Shown here one piece after another: positions 24,042 through 36,704 of a stretch of DNA of 64,000 nucleotides. The stretch covers positions 12,956,050 to 13,020,049 of the forward strand of contig NC_134026.1 of NCBI RefSeq assembly GCF_964204645.1. Direction: 5' to 3'. The notes under the pieces were generated by a model. The model was not told the origin of the DNA, searched no databases, and worked only from the letters and a program-made list of their open reading frames with translations. This DNA is from Tubulanus polymorphus (lineage: Eukaryota > Animalia > Nemertea). Each line of letters opens with the position of its first letter. Position 1 is the first letter of the stretch. A program made the translations under genes and the position numbers.

Positions 24042-25190
24042 ACCGTAATATTATGTAATCATAAACTGAAACACCTCGAACATTAACCTTAGAAAGATGC
24101 TGCTACACTAGTTGACTTGTCTCAAGATCAGAGAAATAAAACAACTAGTTTCATCTCCCTACCATTCGCGCAAGAAAATCGAAATTTCCCGGCAAAAACG
24201 CTGTTGACTCATCGTCACATCAATCTTTTTGACAGGATGAAAACAAAAACATTGGCCTGTGTACTGTCAGTAGGCATTCGAAATAGGGTACTTCTAAAGT
24301 ACGAAACTACTAAATTAAGAAATATGCAACGAAATTACGAAATATGAAACGAAATTACGAAATGCAAAACGAAATTAAGAAATGCTAAAGTACGAAACGA
24401 AATACTATACGAAATGCTAAACTACGAAACGAAATGGTCATTTTTTCGCGGGTCCTGCTAAAGTATAAAATGAAATACGAAACGAAAATTTTGTAATTTT
24501 TTGCGCTATAGCAGCGGATTCGTGGAGCTGGCTTAAACATGCGCACCCGGTCTAGTGTGGCAGGGTTCCGTGCCGCGACTGAGTTTAGCGATGCCATCAG
24601 GGAGAATGATCTGCGCATGCTCATATACAACTGGAAGGTAGCGATTAATAAATTACGGGTTAGAGAACGAAGTGTGCCTTAAAATATATCCTGCAGTGTT
24701 TAGGCTAAAAATTGATACCTGGTTTCTCCTCCGCTGAGGAGCTTAAAAGTCTGGATTTTGCAAGGGATGCGGATTCGAAAAGAAAATTCACGGCCGGAAT
24801 TTTTTTCAAATTGCTCGTCATTACGCTAAGTGGTAAAAAGATCATCATGTAGTCCATGTGTAGGGCCTATCATTTCACTATGCTTTACCGCGTCTGAGTT
24901 CGTGGAAATGGCGCAGCGTATTCATTATTTGTTTTTGAGAACATCGTACAAGTTTCTACTATTTGTAGACGTTCTTAAAACCCTCCAGTTTGAGAAAATA
25001 AATTCTTAAATATGGTACTTTCAAAAGATCATTTACATGCACCGCCGAGATTTTTACAGTCCCGTAGCGTTATAACGAGCTTTGACCATAATATGGGCGT
25101 GTGTTTGAAATGTGACCATTTCGTTTCGTATTTCGGTTCGTATTTCAGCACTACTGGCAAAAAATTTCCATTTCGTAATTTCGTTTCGTA

Positions 25191-25451
25191 CGTCGTGACC
25201 GAATACAGTACTGTTGTATTATGTCCATGTTGTATTGTCAATATCTTTTGAATACAAGTTGTCACGTGTCGCGTCACCCATATATAATCTTCACTGTACT
25301 AGTTTCATGGTTACATGAACATATCATATCATGTGAATTCTGAGATTTTGAGATTTTGAAGAGTATTAAACGGAATGCCATATAGTTCGAACGTGTGCTT
25401 GTTGAGTTGCCTTTTCGTCAGGAACCGAGGAAATACAAGTCCGTCAACACA
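25191..25451 (+). repeat. 5' LTR
   Basis: (C/T)GTCGTGACC...CAACACA. Differs from the 3' LTR by a few substitutions and an 8-bp duplication. Confidence 0.93.
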
Positions 25452-25508
25452 TTTTGTGAGAAATGCTACCAGTTAATCGTTAAACGCTAGAAGAAGACGA
25501 AGAGTAAA

Positions 25509-27605
25509 TTGAACAAATTCGAAGAATTCAGAAAGTTGAAATTTGGCATCATGGCGACAGAATTCGACGTCGAAAAGGAGAAGAATATCCGTAGAGGACA
25601 CATAGGTCGGTGCACAACGTTATTGCGAGAATGCGAATTTTACATTAGTAAAGATAACATCATTAAGTCTAATTCGACCCTACTGAATTTACAACGCAAT
25701 ATTAAACAATTAGAAGAAATCGATCAGAAAATTGTGAATTACGCAGAATTCAAAAAGGAGGATTCGCTCGAATCTTTCATAATTGAGAGCGACGAATATA
25801 TTTCGAATTTAACTAGTGCGATATATGAGATGGATCAGGCGGTTAAAGAGTTATCGTTTCAGTCGCGTAGCGGTGAGAACTTTCAAAAAACCTCAGAACA
25901 AAGTGCTATGAAATATTCGATAAAGTTACCGAAAATTCAGTTGATGAAATTTGGCGGGAATGTCCTAGAATGGAAAACTTTTTGGGACCTGTACGAATCC
26001 TGCGTTCACAGCAATACCGATTTGAATAACATTCAAAAATTTTCGCACCTAAAAAGTGTTCTGTTCGGTGATGCGAAGTTAACAATCGACGGCCTTCCTT
26101 TAATTCATGAAAATTACCAAACGGCAGTAGATCTGCTGACTGATCGATTCGGTCGTCCTCATAAGATCGTAGAAAATATCATTGAAACTTTAATAGATAT
26201 TCAAAGACCAAATTATACGGTTAAATCTATGCGTCGATTTTACGACACAATTGAATCTCACATTCGCACTCTTGAATCTTTGAATAAGAAACCCGATTCC
26301 TACGGAACTATTCTCGTTCCCATTTTGATGAAAAAGTTACTAGTAGGAATAAAACGAGATTTAGCAAAAACACATGGGGATTGTGAATGGGATACCAATG
26401 ATCTTAGGACTTCTATTTTGAGGGAAGTAAAAATAATGGAATCATGCATGGCAATCGATCAGTCAGATGGAACGCCCGATTACGGTACTGCTACCCAGTT
26501 ATTATATTTAGGCAATGGTATTTACGGTAATAGGCAACAGGGTAGAAATAGGTATTCAATAAAATGTTCTTATTGTATGAATAGTCATTATTCGACAGAT
26601 TGTCCAGTGGTCAAAGATCTTCAATCGAGATTAGACGTAATAGCAAAGAAACGTTTGTGTAATAATTGCTTGAGGTATAATCATAAAGCCGTAGATTGTA
26701 GATCGCCTAAACGATGTTGGAAATGTATGAAAAAACATCACACTAGTATTTGCAATGAACGTTTCAACGCGTGTTCCGATTCACAATCGAATAATTCATC
26801 TGTCGCTCCTTCTGGAAATAAATCAGCTCCATTGTTTAAGAACCATTCCGAAGAGTATAATAGTCGGAAGAACGTAACTAATTCAGGCAATTCTAGTAAT
26901 CAGTGTATAGCTACGTCTCAGTCCTGTGAACAGTCAAAATGTATATTGTTAAAAACTGCTATTGCTGATTTTTGCAGTGAGAATGGAAATTTTTCCACCG
27001 CTCACATAATGTTTGACGATGGTTCGACACATACTTTCATTTCAAAGAGGCTTGTGCAAGATTTGGGTTTACACCCCATTGGGCAGGTAAATCTGAATAT
27101 TGCAATTTTTGGTTCTAACGAACGTAAAAGTAGAATTTTGGAAAAAGTCAGATTGTTAGTTATGTGTAAAGATCGCTCTACAATTGAGATTGAGGCATTG
27201 GTTTTCCCAAACATAACCAACCCATTAAAAGTACCGACTGATTTATCCAAAGGTCTCGGTTTGAGTCAAGACGGATTAGCTCACCCTCAGAGTCATGTAT
27301 CAGGAAACTCAAATATATTTGACGTTACATTACTTATAGGCACAGACTACTACTATAATTTTATTGACGGAAAGATTAGACGAGTATCTAATGACGGTCC
27401 AGTTATTGTTGACTCCAAATTGGGCTACATTATTTGCGGCTCCTTAATCGACGACTCCACAGTAACTATTTTATCAGCAATTACTGAATCTAACGAAACC
27501 GACTTAAGCCAATTTTGGGCTTTGGAAACTATTGGAATTCAACCTCCATGTGACTACAATGTCAATTTTCTTGATAACTATTGCGAGAATTCCATAACGT
27601 TTTAG
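25509..27605 (+). CDS. BEL/Pao Gag (DUF1759-like, Zn knuckles) and aspartic protease
   Basis: KLPKIQL..F.G...EW..FWD.Y; three Cys/His knuckles; IMFDDGSTHTFI. Frameshifted from pol. Confidence 0.9.
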   Translation: MNKFEEFRKLKFGIMATEFDVEKEKNIRRGHIGRCTTLLRECEFYISKDNIIKSNSTLLNLQRNIKQLEEIDQKIVNYAEFKKEDSLESFIIESDEYISNLTSAIYEMDQAVKELSFQSRSGENFQKTSEQSAMKYSIKLPKIQLMKFGGNVLEWKTFWDLYESCVHSNTDLNNIQKFSHLKSVLFGDAKLTIDGLPLIHENYQTAVDLLTDRFGRPHKIVENIIETLIDIQRPNYTVKSMRRFYDTIESHIRTLESLNKKPDSYGTILVPILMKKLLVGIKRDLAKTHGDCEWDTNDLRTSILREVKIMESCMAIDQSDGTPDYGTATQLLYLGNGIYGNRQQGRNRYSIKCSYCMNSHYSTDCPVVKDLQSRLDVIAKKRLCNNCLRYNHKAVDCRSPKRCWKCMKKHHTSICNERFNACSDSQSNNSSVAPSGNKSAPLFKNHSEEYNSRKNVTNSGNSSNQCIATSQSCEQSKCILLKTAIADFCSENGNFSTAHIMFDDGSTHTFISKRLVQDLGLHPIGQVNLNIAIFGSNERKSRILEKVRLLVMCKDRSTIEIEALVFPNITNPLKVPTDLSKGLGLSQDGLAHPQSHVSGNSNIFDVTLLIGTDYYYNFIDGKIRRVSNDGPVIVDSKLGYIICGSLIDDSTVTILSAITESNETDLSQFWALETIGIQPPCDYNVNFLDNYCENSITF

Positions 27606-29974
27606 ATGGTTTATACTACGCTAGACTCCCATGGAAGCATAACCATCCACCATTACCTAGTAATATTGAATTGGTGGCGTCTAGAACACGTTCAACTATC
27701 AACAGACTGGCTTTATCACCCCATTTATTTCAGGCTTACGGTGACATTATCGACGAACAACTTGCACGTGATTTTATCGAAAAGATAGAATTTCCATATT
27801 TTTCCGATATGGTTCACTACATTCCACATCACCCAGTCTACCGTGATTCAGCTACTACGCCCGTACGCATAGTGTTTGATTGCAGTTTTTCTCAATCGCC
27901 CAGTATGCCTTCTCTCAACGACTGCTTGGAGTCTGGTCCAGCATTACAGAACGACATCGTAGACATTCTAATAAGATTTCGTCTTGGTCCCTACGCAGCC
28001 ATTACCGATATTGAAAAGGCTTTTCTTAGTGTCGGGCTTCACGAGGATGATGGAGACATGACTAGATTTTTTTGGTTGAGAGACCGTCGTGATCCAAAAA
28101 GTGATTTCGATATCTATCGTTTTAAACGGGTATTGTTTGGTGCCACATGCAGTCCCTTTATACTCAATAGCACATTGATACATCATATACGTAATTCCGA
28201 TTCTCCAGTTGCTCAAAAAATATTACATGACATTTATGTTGACAACATAGCCTCAGGTTTCTTTTCCGGAGATGAATTAGTTAAGTTTTACTCGGCTTCT
28301 CGTGAATTAATGACTATTGTCAATTTTAATCTCCGATGTTGGTTATCCAACTCGGACACTGTGATGCAACTAGCTAACAACGACGGCGTAAAGGAATCTT
28401 CCACAACAGCTAAGGTTTTCGGTATTCATTGGAATGCTATCGAAGATACGCTCCTTTTTCCTGTAAAGGACGTTTTCTATTCTGAACCTACTACAAAGCG
28501 TTCTATATTACAGCAGATCGCAAAGGTTTTTGACCCTTTGGGCTTAGTAAGACCAGTAACTATACGGGCTAAGATACTTCTACAAAGGTTATGGTCTGGA
28601 AAGTTTGATTGGGATTCACATTTACCAGTTTCTATGGTAACTAAGTGGAAATCAATTCAGCAAGATATCCATGATGCTATGTCTAATTTGTTTATACCGA
28701 GACAGTATTTTCCAGCGATTTCCTCTACTCTTGATGACTGTAACATTCATGTTTTTGGAGATGCCAGTCAGAAAGCCTATGGTTCAACTGTTTATTTGGT
28801 CTCCAATACAAACACAGTGTTAGTTTTGTCTCAGTCAAGGGTTGCTCCAATATCCCCGTTGACTCTTCCGAGATTAGAACTGATAGCCGCTACGACATCA
28901 GCAAGGTTAGGCAATTTTGTCTCTGCGTCGTTTTCGAAAATGGGATGTAATTGTGACGTACATTATTGGACAGACAGTCAAATTGTACTAGGCTGGCTCA
29001 AATCACCCCCTACTAAAGCCGGTTCTACCTTTATTTCGAATCGAGTTGGACACATCAACAATTTAACCGCTGGTTCTCTCTGGCGATTCTGTCGCTCAGC
29101 AGATAATCCGTCGCATTTATTGACTAGAGGCTTGACTGCAAAGGAACTAAGAGACTCTGACTTATGGAAACAGGGCCCTTCTTGGCTACTTTCCAGGACT
29201 GATTGGCCGACTGATATTTCTGTGAATTCAGTACTTTCTGAAGAGATAACAAACTATGAGTTAGGCAACAATGTTCACGACGACGACATCAATCTAGACA
29301 AAGTTATCGGCATCGATCAATATCCCAGTTTAAGCAGATTGCTACGAGTGACTTCATACGTTAGACGATTTATCTATAATGCTCGAAACCCAAAAAACAA
29401 AATGATCGGTCCATTAGAATTGTCTGAAACAGAGAATTCAAAATTACTTTGGATTAGACACTGTCAAAAGTCAGTATATTTGAGTGTGATCAATGAGTTG
29501 AAAAATGGTAAACCTAATACAAAGAAATATCCGATCATTTCTCAATTACAATTGTTTCTAGACAATAATGGGTTGATTAGATGTCGAGGTCGGTTACAGA
29601 ATTCACCATTGCCTCAATCGACATTTCATCCAATTCTGTTGCCAAAGTTTCACACAATTACGAGATTGGTTATATGGAAAACTCATTATGAAACGCTCCA
29701 CTTCGGAGTGGGTGCTACATTAACAAAACTTTGGGACACCTACTGGGTTCCGTGTGCGCGACAAATGATAAAGAATACTATAAGAAGATGTGTAACATGT
29801 CGCATCGTAGCATCATTACCGTACCGTTTGCCTGACCCACCACCCCTCCCATCATGCCGCGTAATTGATGTGCCAGCATTTATCACACGGGAGTTGATTT
29901 CTTCGGGCCTATGTATGCCAAAAGTAATTCTGATCTTCAAAAATATTACGGGTGCCTATTCACCTGTGCCGTAA
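27581..29974 (+). CDS. BEL/Pao reverse transcriptase, RNase H and integrase Zn finger
   Basis: YIPHHPV...VRIVFD, DIEKAF, FGATCSPF, YVDN, FGDAS..AYG, PRLEL, WTDSQ, H..H...CVTC. Confidence 0.92.
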   Translation: MREFHNVLDGLYYARLPWKHNHPPLPSNIELVASRTRSTINRLALSPHLFQAYGDIIDEQLARDFIEKIEFPYFSDMVHYIPHHPVYRDSATTPVRIVFDCSFSQSPSMPSLNDCLESGPALQNDIVDILIRFRLGPYAAITDIEKAFLSVGLHEDDGDMTRFFWLRDRRDPKSDFDIYRFKRVLFGATCSPFILNSTLIHHIRNSDSPVAQKILHDIYVDNIASGFFSGDELVKFYSASRELMTIVNFNLRCWLSNSDTVMQLANNDGVKESSTTAKVFGIHWNAIEDTLLFPVKDVFYSEPTTKRSILQQIAKVFDPLGLVRPVTIRAKILLQRLWSGKFDWDSHLPVSMVTKWKSIQQDIHDAMSNLFIPRQYFPAISSTLDDCNIHVFGDASQKAYGSTVYLVSNTNTVLVLSQSRVAPISPLTLPRLELIAATTSARLGNFVSASFSKMGCNCDVHYWTDSQIVLGWLKSPPTKAGSTFISNRVGHINNLTAGSLWRFCRSADNPSHLLTRGLTAKELRDSDLWKQGPSWLLSRTDWPTDISVNSVLSEEITNYELGNNVHDDDINLDKVIGIDQYPSLSRLLRVTSYVRRFIYNARNPKNKMIGPLELSETENSKLLWIRHCQKSVYLSVINELKNGKPNTKKYPIISQLQLFLDNNGLIRCRGRLQNSPLPQSTFHPILLPKFHTITRLVIWKTHYETLHFGVGATLTKLWDTYWVPCARQMIKNTIRRCVTCRIVASLPYRLPDPPPLPSCRVIDVPAFITRELISSGLCMPKVILIFKNITGAYSPVP

Positions 29975-30903
29975 CTCGTGCTGTACATTTGGAACTCGTC
30001 AGTTCATTGTCTACGCCTGATTTTATGTTAACCTTTCGTAGATTCGTTGCGCGACGGTCATTACCGAAGATTTTATTGTCTGACAATGCATCAACTTTCG
30101 AATGTGCAGAGAAAGAGTTGATGCGGTTACTTCGATCACCAGATTTAAGGCACGAGTTAACGACACAGGGCATAAAATGGCGCTTTATAGTTAAACGAGC
30201 CCCCTGGCATGGTGGATTTTGGGAGAGGATGGTGGGGTTAACTAAAACCGCAATTAAAAAGGTTTTAGGTCGTTCACTTTGTTCTTTCGATGAATTGCGT
30301 ACTTTGTTAACTGAGATAGAGGCCTATTTAAACGATCGGCCGTTAACTTATGTATCCGGTGATATCAACGATGAAAATCCGCTAACACCTTCTCATCTAC
30401 TCATCGGCAGGAAATTGTGTGTATTACCACATCTAGAATTCGATCTAGATGACTACCAGCCGCCTATTACTGATATCGTTGAAAGAAAACGCTACTTAGA
30501 ATCCGTGTTACGCTCGTTTTGGATACGTTGGAAACACGAATATTTAGTGTCGTTGCGAGAATCACATAAGAAATCCGGGAGTTCTAATTACATAGTTCCA
30601 GGAGCGATTGTTCAAATTCACGAGGACGAAACATCTCGTTTAAAATGGAATCTCGCTATCGTAATATCCGTTCATCCGGGAGCGCGATCCGCAACGCTTA
30701 AAACCGCCAACGGTGTTACCTCGCGGCCAGTATCCAAGTTATATCCTTTGGAGGTATTCGCAGCGGATGTTCGAAATTGCGTAAAATCCGAGGAAAGGCG
30801 TGGCGACGTTGAGATTAAGGAACGACCTGCGAAACGTTCCGCAGCGGCGGCTGCAGAACGTCGTATCAGTGATATCTTGGGCCGGGAGGATTCTGAAATC
30901 TAA
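29911..30903 (+). CDS. BEL/Pao integrase core and C-terminal domain
   Basis: FTCAVTRAVHLEL, SDNA, APWHGGFWER, NDRPL, LTPSHLL, FW.RW..EYL, RPVSKLYPLE. Confidence 0.92.
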   Translation: MYAKSNSDLQKYYGCLFTCAVTRAVHLELVSSLSTPDFMLTFRRFVARRSLPKILLSDNASTFECAEKELMRLLRSPDLRHELTTQGIKWRFIVKRAPWHGGFWERMVGLTKTAIKKVLGRSLCSFDELRTLLTEIEAYLNDRPLTYVSGDINDENPLTPSHLLIGRKLCVLPHLEFDLDDYQPPITDIVERKRYLESVLRSFWIRWKHEYLVSLRESHKKSGSSNYIVPGAIVQIHEDETSRLKWNLAIVISVHPGARSATLKTANGVTSRPVSKLYPLEVFAADVRNCVKSEERRGDVEIKERPAKRSAAAAAERRISDILGREDSEI

Positions 30904-31002
30904 AACTGTTTGTAAATATACTTGATTTGTTAAACTCAAACTATACTTGTTTTGTTAAACTCAAACTATATATTCTGTGATTAATCAAGTGTGGCTGGAG
31001 GA

Positions 31003-31255
31003 TGTCGTGACCGAATACAGTACTGTTGTATTATGTCCATGTTGTATTGTCAATATCTTTTGAATACAAGTTGTCACGTGTCGCGTCAGCCATATATAAT
31101 CTTCACTGTACTAGTTTCATGGTTACATGAACATATCATATCATGTGAATTCTGAGATTTTGAAGAGTAATAAACGGAATGCCATAGTGTTCGAACGTGT
31201 GCTTGTTGAGTTGCCTTTTCGTCAGGAACCGAGGAAATACAAGTCCGTCAACACA
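31003..31255 (+). repeat. 3' LTR
   Basis: TG...CA direct repeat of 25191-25451. Confidence 0.93.
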
Positions 31256-31590
31256 TCGTATTTCGTAATTTCGTTTCGTTTCGTAATTTCGCTCCATATT
31301 TCGTAATTTCGTTTCATATTTCGTAATTTCGTACTTTAGCAGGACCCTTCGAAATACAAACAAAACAAAGTATTCCTCCATTATTTAGGCCTAGAGATTA
31401 ATCAAATTTACCTCTCACTAATAGTTTCTGAGGTACACTATACACGTACTTACTTTGTTTGAAGAACCAGACGAATGCTGGCATTGATAATCGACTCCAT
31501 CCATTCCAACAAAACGATGATTGATATTGATTTGAAAAATGAAAAAAAATCATCGACAAAACAGGCTTTATCCAAGCATTTACTCTCAAA

Positions 31591-31710
31591 GACTCGTCAC
31601 ATTAATTCGGGGCCGATGAATTGAGTCAAATCCAGCATCTGACACCTAATCATAACATAGATCAGATGTTGGATTCCACTCTTTCGTCCCAAAAATTAAT
31701 GTGACGAGTC
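31591..31710. repeat. 120-bp imperfect palindrome (MITE-like hairpin)
   Basis: GACTCGTCACATTAATT...AATCCAGCATCTGA / TCAGATGTTGGATT...AATTAATGTGACGAGTC. Confidence 0.75.
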
Positions 31711-32429
31711 CCTGCGTTTCTGTGTAAGCTGCCATTTTATTGTTTTAATTATTGCACTGCGTGCGCATCTTCGACCTGCGGTGTGTCCTAGTTCGAGGTG
31801 TGTTTCCAGACAGTTCGCGCGCGCTATGGTATGCCGTATGTAGGCCACCTTACAGTGAACTTATCACGCTGCAGCCAGGAAATACACGTCACTGATACAG
31901 ATATAGCCGTGCTGTAGACGCGATGAAATCACCAAAATTACTAATATAGCGGAATTTTATACAAATTATACTTCAACTCTTTCATATCGTCAAGATTTCC
32001 ATCTTAATGTAGAAAAAAACCGGGAATTCACAAATCAATTATTTATTAAGTTATGGTTCTGTCAGTGCAAAAATAGCCTATTTCGAGGCTAAAGTACGGA
32101 ATTAATCAGCCCAACCTACATATTTTTCCAGGATCTTTTAGAATAGTGTAGGGTAGAGCATTAGAATTGTAAATCAACACGCGACCTCGAATAGGAAAAT
32201 CCCGCTCATTTTTTTTCTAAGTGACAGAAGTTTTTGAGTTAGATTTTTGTAGCGTAAACGAGGTTTCATCTAAAAACAAATTACATATTAAAATAGCATT
32301 GAATCTTTTTGTTAAAATGAATCAAGAATTAATTGAATCGAATGAATAATAACGAAGTTATGAGCATTTGAAATAGACAAGACGCGCTCTGCAGCGCGCT
32401 ATACATTGACCCGCGCCGTACTATCACTG

Positions 32430-35400
32430 AGTACTGTGATTATGAAAAGGGCTCCATCTGATATGTGCATTAATAATTAGTCTCCAGTACTATTGTCTGC
32501 TTGGCAAGCGAATATGGATCTACAATTTGTCTCCAACGTATATGCTTGCATACAGTACGTCGGATCATATATAACAAAAAATGAGCGTGAAATGGATACT
32601 CTTTTGAATGCAGTAGCTAAGGAAACATCTGATGAAACAATTCGACAACAAATGAGAAAGTGCATTCATGAATTCTAGATGTATCAGTGCACAAGAGGCC
32701 ATTTATAGACTTCTAGCATTACCCCTTTAGAAGTCAAGCTTTCAAACCACATGGATACCAACAGGTTTACCGCATCAAAGAGTTGGTTTTCTGAGACCTC
32801 AAACCCAGATCAGCCTAATGGATGACGATGATGACAATGTATTTTCTACAACCATTGCTGAAAAATATAGCAAACGACCCAATTCTTTAGAGAGCTGTTC
32901 TCTTGCTGATTTTGCATCGTGGTATTCATCTTCAACATTGTCAAACACAACTGCTAATCATGCTGCTGATCAAGATGGTCATGATGTTGATTTTGATAAC
33001 AATGATATACAGCTCCATTTACTACAAACACGTCCAAACACAGCATATGTGGAAATGAACCTGCCAGAGGAGTTAATCATAGTGGTCCATGCCAAACCAT
33101 ATAAGATGAAGAAAAGGAAAAGGCAAACCCTTATCCGTTACCATAAATTCTCCGTGGTGAAAGAGCCAGATTCATTCTTCTTCTCAGAATTGTTTCTTTT
33201 TTTCCCATGGAGAGATGAGACCAAAATTATGTGTAACTTCGAAACTTATGAACATATTTACAATGATAAGAAAAAATCCTTTGATGACAACAAATCGAAG
33301 TTTTTCAAGCATGAACAGCGTGTTGATGCTGCTTCAACTGATCTCTTGGAAAACAGCCCTCTACAAATCAATTGGGATAGGCTTGCTCCTGCTGCTGAAC
33401 AAGAAAACGAAGACTGTGTCATTGAAGGACCTGAACTTGATAAACGCTTTGCTGTGCTTCATATCACTAACCTTAGTATTGCTAATTCATCTGCCGTACC
33501 TTCATCTGAAGTCATTCATGTAAGTCCCCCAACCAATCACATGTCTAACCAGATCATTCCTAATGATGACTACCTCTATATGATAAGGACTTTGAATGAT
33601 GAACAGCGTAAACTGTTTCAACTTGTTAGTGATTGGTGCTTCAGAAAAACAATTTCTCATCCAAATTCCCCACCTGATCCAATATATATTGTTGTGTCTG
33701 GTGGAGCTGGAACTGGGAAATCGTATATCATAACTGCTATCAAACATTTAGTAGAGACCTGGCGATGACCTATTACAGTGTAAATGCTTGTTAGTTGCAC
33801 CTACTGGAACTGGGGCCTTCAACGTCAAAGGTTCTACACTGCATGCAGCATTCTTAATAACACTGAATCAAGCCAAGAATACTTCCTATCGACGGTTGTC
33901 TGATGATAAACGTAACTCTCTACGAAATATGTATGAAAACCTACAAATCATCATAATTGATGAAATATCAATGGTAGGAAGTGATCTGCAACTGCATCGG
34001 CGCCTACAAGATATCTTCTCCAGTAACGCTGACTTCGCAGGAATTTCTATATTGTGCTTTGGTGATCTCTATCAATTACCTCCTGTTTCCCAACGATTTG
34101 TCTTCCAACATCCATCTGATCAATATGCTCAACTGTGTGGTGGCTTATGGCAAAACTTCAAACTGCTACAACTGTCCTCCGTAATGAGACAAAAAGATGA
34201 CTTGGCAGAATACGTACTGCATCATATAATGAAGATGATATTATATTGCTAAAATCTAAGAATATTACAGAAACACCAACTGTAAATCCACTATCCTCGA
34301 GACTACACATTTACACTACTAATGAAGCTGTTAACACCCACAATTTAATTATGTTGAACGCCATGAAGGAGCCAGTGATTACCATTTCTGCAAGAGATAT
34401 TGTTCCTGTTCCATTGAAAAACCGTCAAATTCCTGCTGACTCCAGATCCACAGGAGGCCTTCCATAAACCATCGATATCTGTAAAGGTGCAAGAATAATG
34501 CTCACAAGAAATGTGAACATTTCAGATGGTTTAAGTAATGGTGCTCAAGGAACAGTTGTAGACTGGATTCTGAATAGTAAAGATGTACCTATTGCGATCC
34601 TTGTGAAATTTGATGTACCTACAATTGGCAGAGAAACCACCATGCTGTCAAAATTTGATATATCATCTTACCCTTCGCAAGCAGTACCTATTGAACGAAT
34701 TGATGTTAAATTCTCATTGACCAGAACCAAGCAGAATCTTCAAATTACTCGTACACAATTCCCGATTAAACTTTGCTGGGCTTCAACCATCCATAAAGTA
34801 CAAGGCCAAACTCTAGACACCGTCCACATCTCATTTAAAAATCAAATGCAGTCAAGCCAGGCGTATGTTGCTCTATCACGTGTAAGATCTATGCAGGCTC
34901 TAAAATTAGAACAGTTTGATGCAAATAAAATCAAATGTAGTAAAACTGTTAAACAAGAAATGGAAAGAATGGCACTTCACTCATCTTTACTTGACCACGA
35001 TGACTACCAACACGATGATCGTCCACTAATTGTATTTATAAATGCTCGATCTGGTAAACTACATTATGAAGACATACTTCATGATCCAAACATAAAGAAT
35101 GCTCAGATCATAGCTGTGGCAGAAAGCCACTTTACTGATAATGATTTGAAGAACATCACAGCCTACACAACATCTATCCTGCCAATGAATGCAGCCACCA
35201 ATACCAATCGATTGACAGTATTCACTTTGGAAAATTTAGAGATGCATTGTGTTATGAGTAAAAGGTTCTCATCATTCGAATTACTTCATGTCGCTGGTAG
35301 AAATTTGAATGTTATTACTATCTACCGATCACCAAGTGTATCCATAAGTAACTTTTTGGCAGACATCATGAATATTCCAACTACAACAGAGCCTTCAGTT

Positions 35401-35610
35401 ATCATTGGAGATTTTAACATTGACCGCTCAGATGCCTATTACAACAAATTGATCCTGCATTTCCAGCACTATGGTTATAAAAACATAGTCCATGATCCAA
35501 CCACTATCCAAGGCAGCTATCTAGATGTGACATTCACCAATATCCATAATTATGAAGCAACTGTCCATTCTACGTACTATTCTGATCATGCGGCAGTACT
35601 TTTGCACTAG
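32430..35610 (+). pseudogene. Helentron (Helitron with APE endonuclease): Rep C-terminus, PIF1 helicase and AP endonuclease; 5'-truncated with stops
   Basis: [10 protein letters not shown]...Y..SYITK (Rep end), SGGAGTGKS, APTG.GA, IIDEISMV, GDLYQLPPV, MRQ, TIHKVQG.TL, YVALSR, then NARS..AESH..IIGDFN..LD..YSDH. Confidence 0.92.
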
Positions 35611-36704
35611 AACATATACATGTGACTCAAAAATCTAAATCAAGCTTATACACTGTCATCTTTTGAGTCATTAACTCACCTTTCTCCTTTCTCTTTACTC
35701 AGACGTTGAAAGCATAAAGAAAGAACATAAGAATAATGTTGAATATCAGAAAAAAACAGAGAAGATGATAGCTGAGGCTAATGTCAGTATAGCAATTGCT
35801 GTGGTTGCATTATTCTGTTTGATTGATATTTGCCTATAACTTAAGTAAAAAGTTGTACTGATTGGTTGGTATTTCTGGTATAACTTGCTAAGTAATCCTT
35901 TCGTCTAAAGATGTTGGTGTTTCATATAGACTATAACTTATTATATACTTACAATATTGGCACGTTTTCTTTCTTTCTATTTCTTCTAATTACTTTTCAT
36001 TTTCTTCTAACATCCTTTCATTTTCTATATGCGCCTGAGATTTTTTATGTTTGAAATAATTACTTTTACAAATATCTAAATTACAAATGTTACAACGTTT
36101 TTTAGAATCATCAATTGTTTCATTATCTGTTATATTATTATCATTAGTTTCAAGTGTATTAACATTATCTGTTATATTTTCTATGGTATCCTTAGTTTCA
36201 ATTGTATTAACATTATTTATTAAATTATCTATGATATTATTATCAGATATATTATTATCATTATTATTCTTTTCTTTTTCTACATGTTTCTTTGATTTCT
36301 TATGTGATTCCCAATTTTTATATGATATTCATTTCTTACATACGTCACAATATTTTTCATTTGTCTTTTTGGTTTTGATATCAGGTTCAATCTTTGTATT
36401 ATAATTATCATTACTCGATGTAGAAGGTATAACATCTATATTTACATTATTATCTTCTTTCTTAGGTTCAACTTTATTAGTATCTTCTATTTTAGATTCA
36501 ATATTATTAGTATCCTCTATTTTAGTTTCAATATTCTTTTCTATTTTACTTATTCTATATTTGAATTGATTAAAGAATTCTCAAAAATACTTACTATATT
36601 CATAAGCTTTTATATAATATATATCTGATAGCATTTCAATTGGAATTTGTATTTCATATATTCCACTTTCCATTTATTATGATATTTTTATTAAAATTAA
36701 AATT

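Larger units (their letters stand above)
25191..31255 (+). mobile_element. BEL/Pao LTR retrotransposon, full length
   Basis: LTRs at 25191-25451 and 31003-31255, 5-bp TSD TCGTA (25186-25190 and 31256-31260), purine tract GGCTGGAGGA before the 3' LTR, and gag-PR-RT-RH-IN order. Confidence 0.96.
24286..31347. mobile_element. MULE-like non-autonomous foldback element (split by the BEL insertion)
   Basis: Termini GGGTACTTCTAAAGTACGAAA...TTTCGTACTTTAGCAGGACCC, TIRs built of ACGAAAT(T)-type repeats, and a 9-bp TSD TTCGAAATA (24277-24285 and 31348-31356). Confidence 0.85.

Noticed and set aside
24286-24500. ORFs with YETK/RNYE repeats (24117, 24385, 25029, 31136)
   Set aside because: They are translations of the ACGAAAT repeats in the foldback TIRs.
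31889-32429. Possible TIR pair or end of the RAG1-like transposon
   Set aside because: Only loose inverted similarity, no TSD, and no matching terminus found left of 2215.
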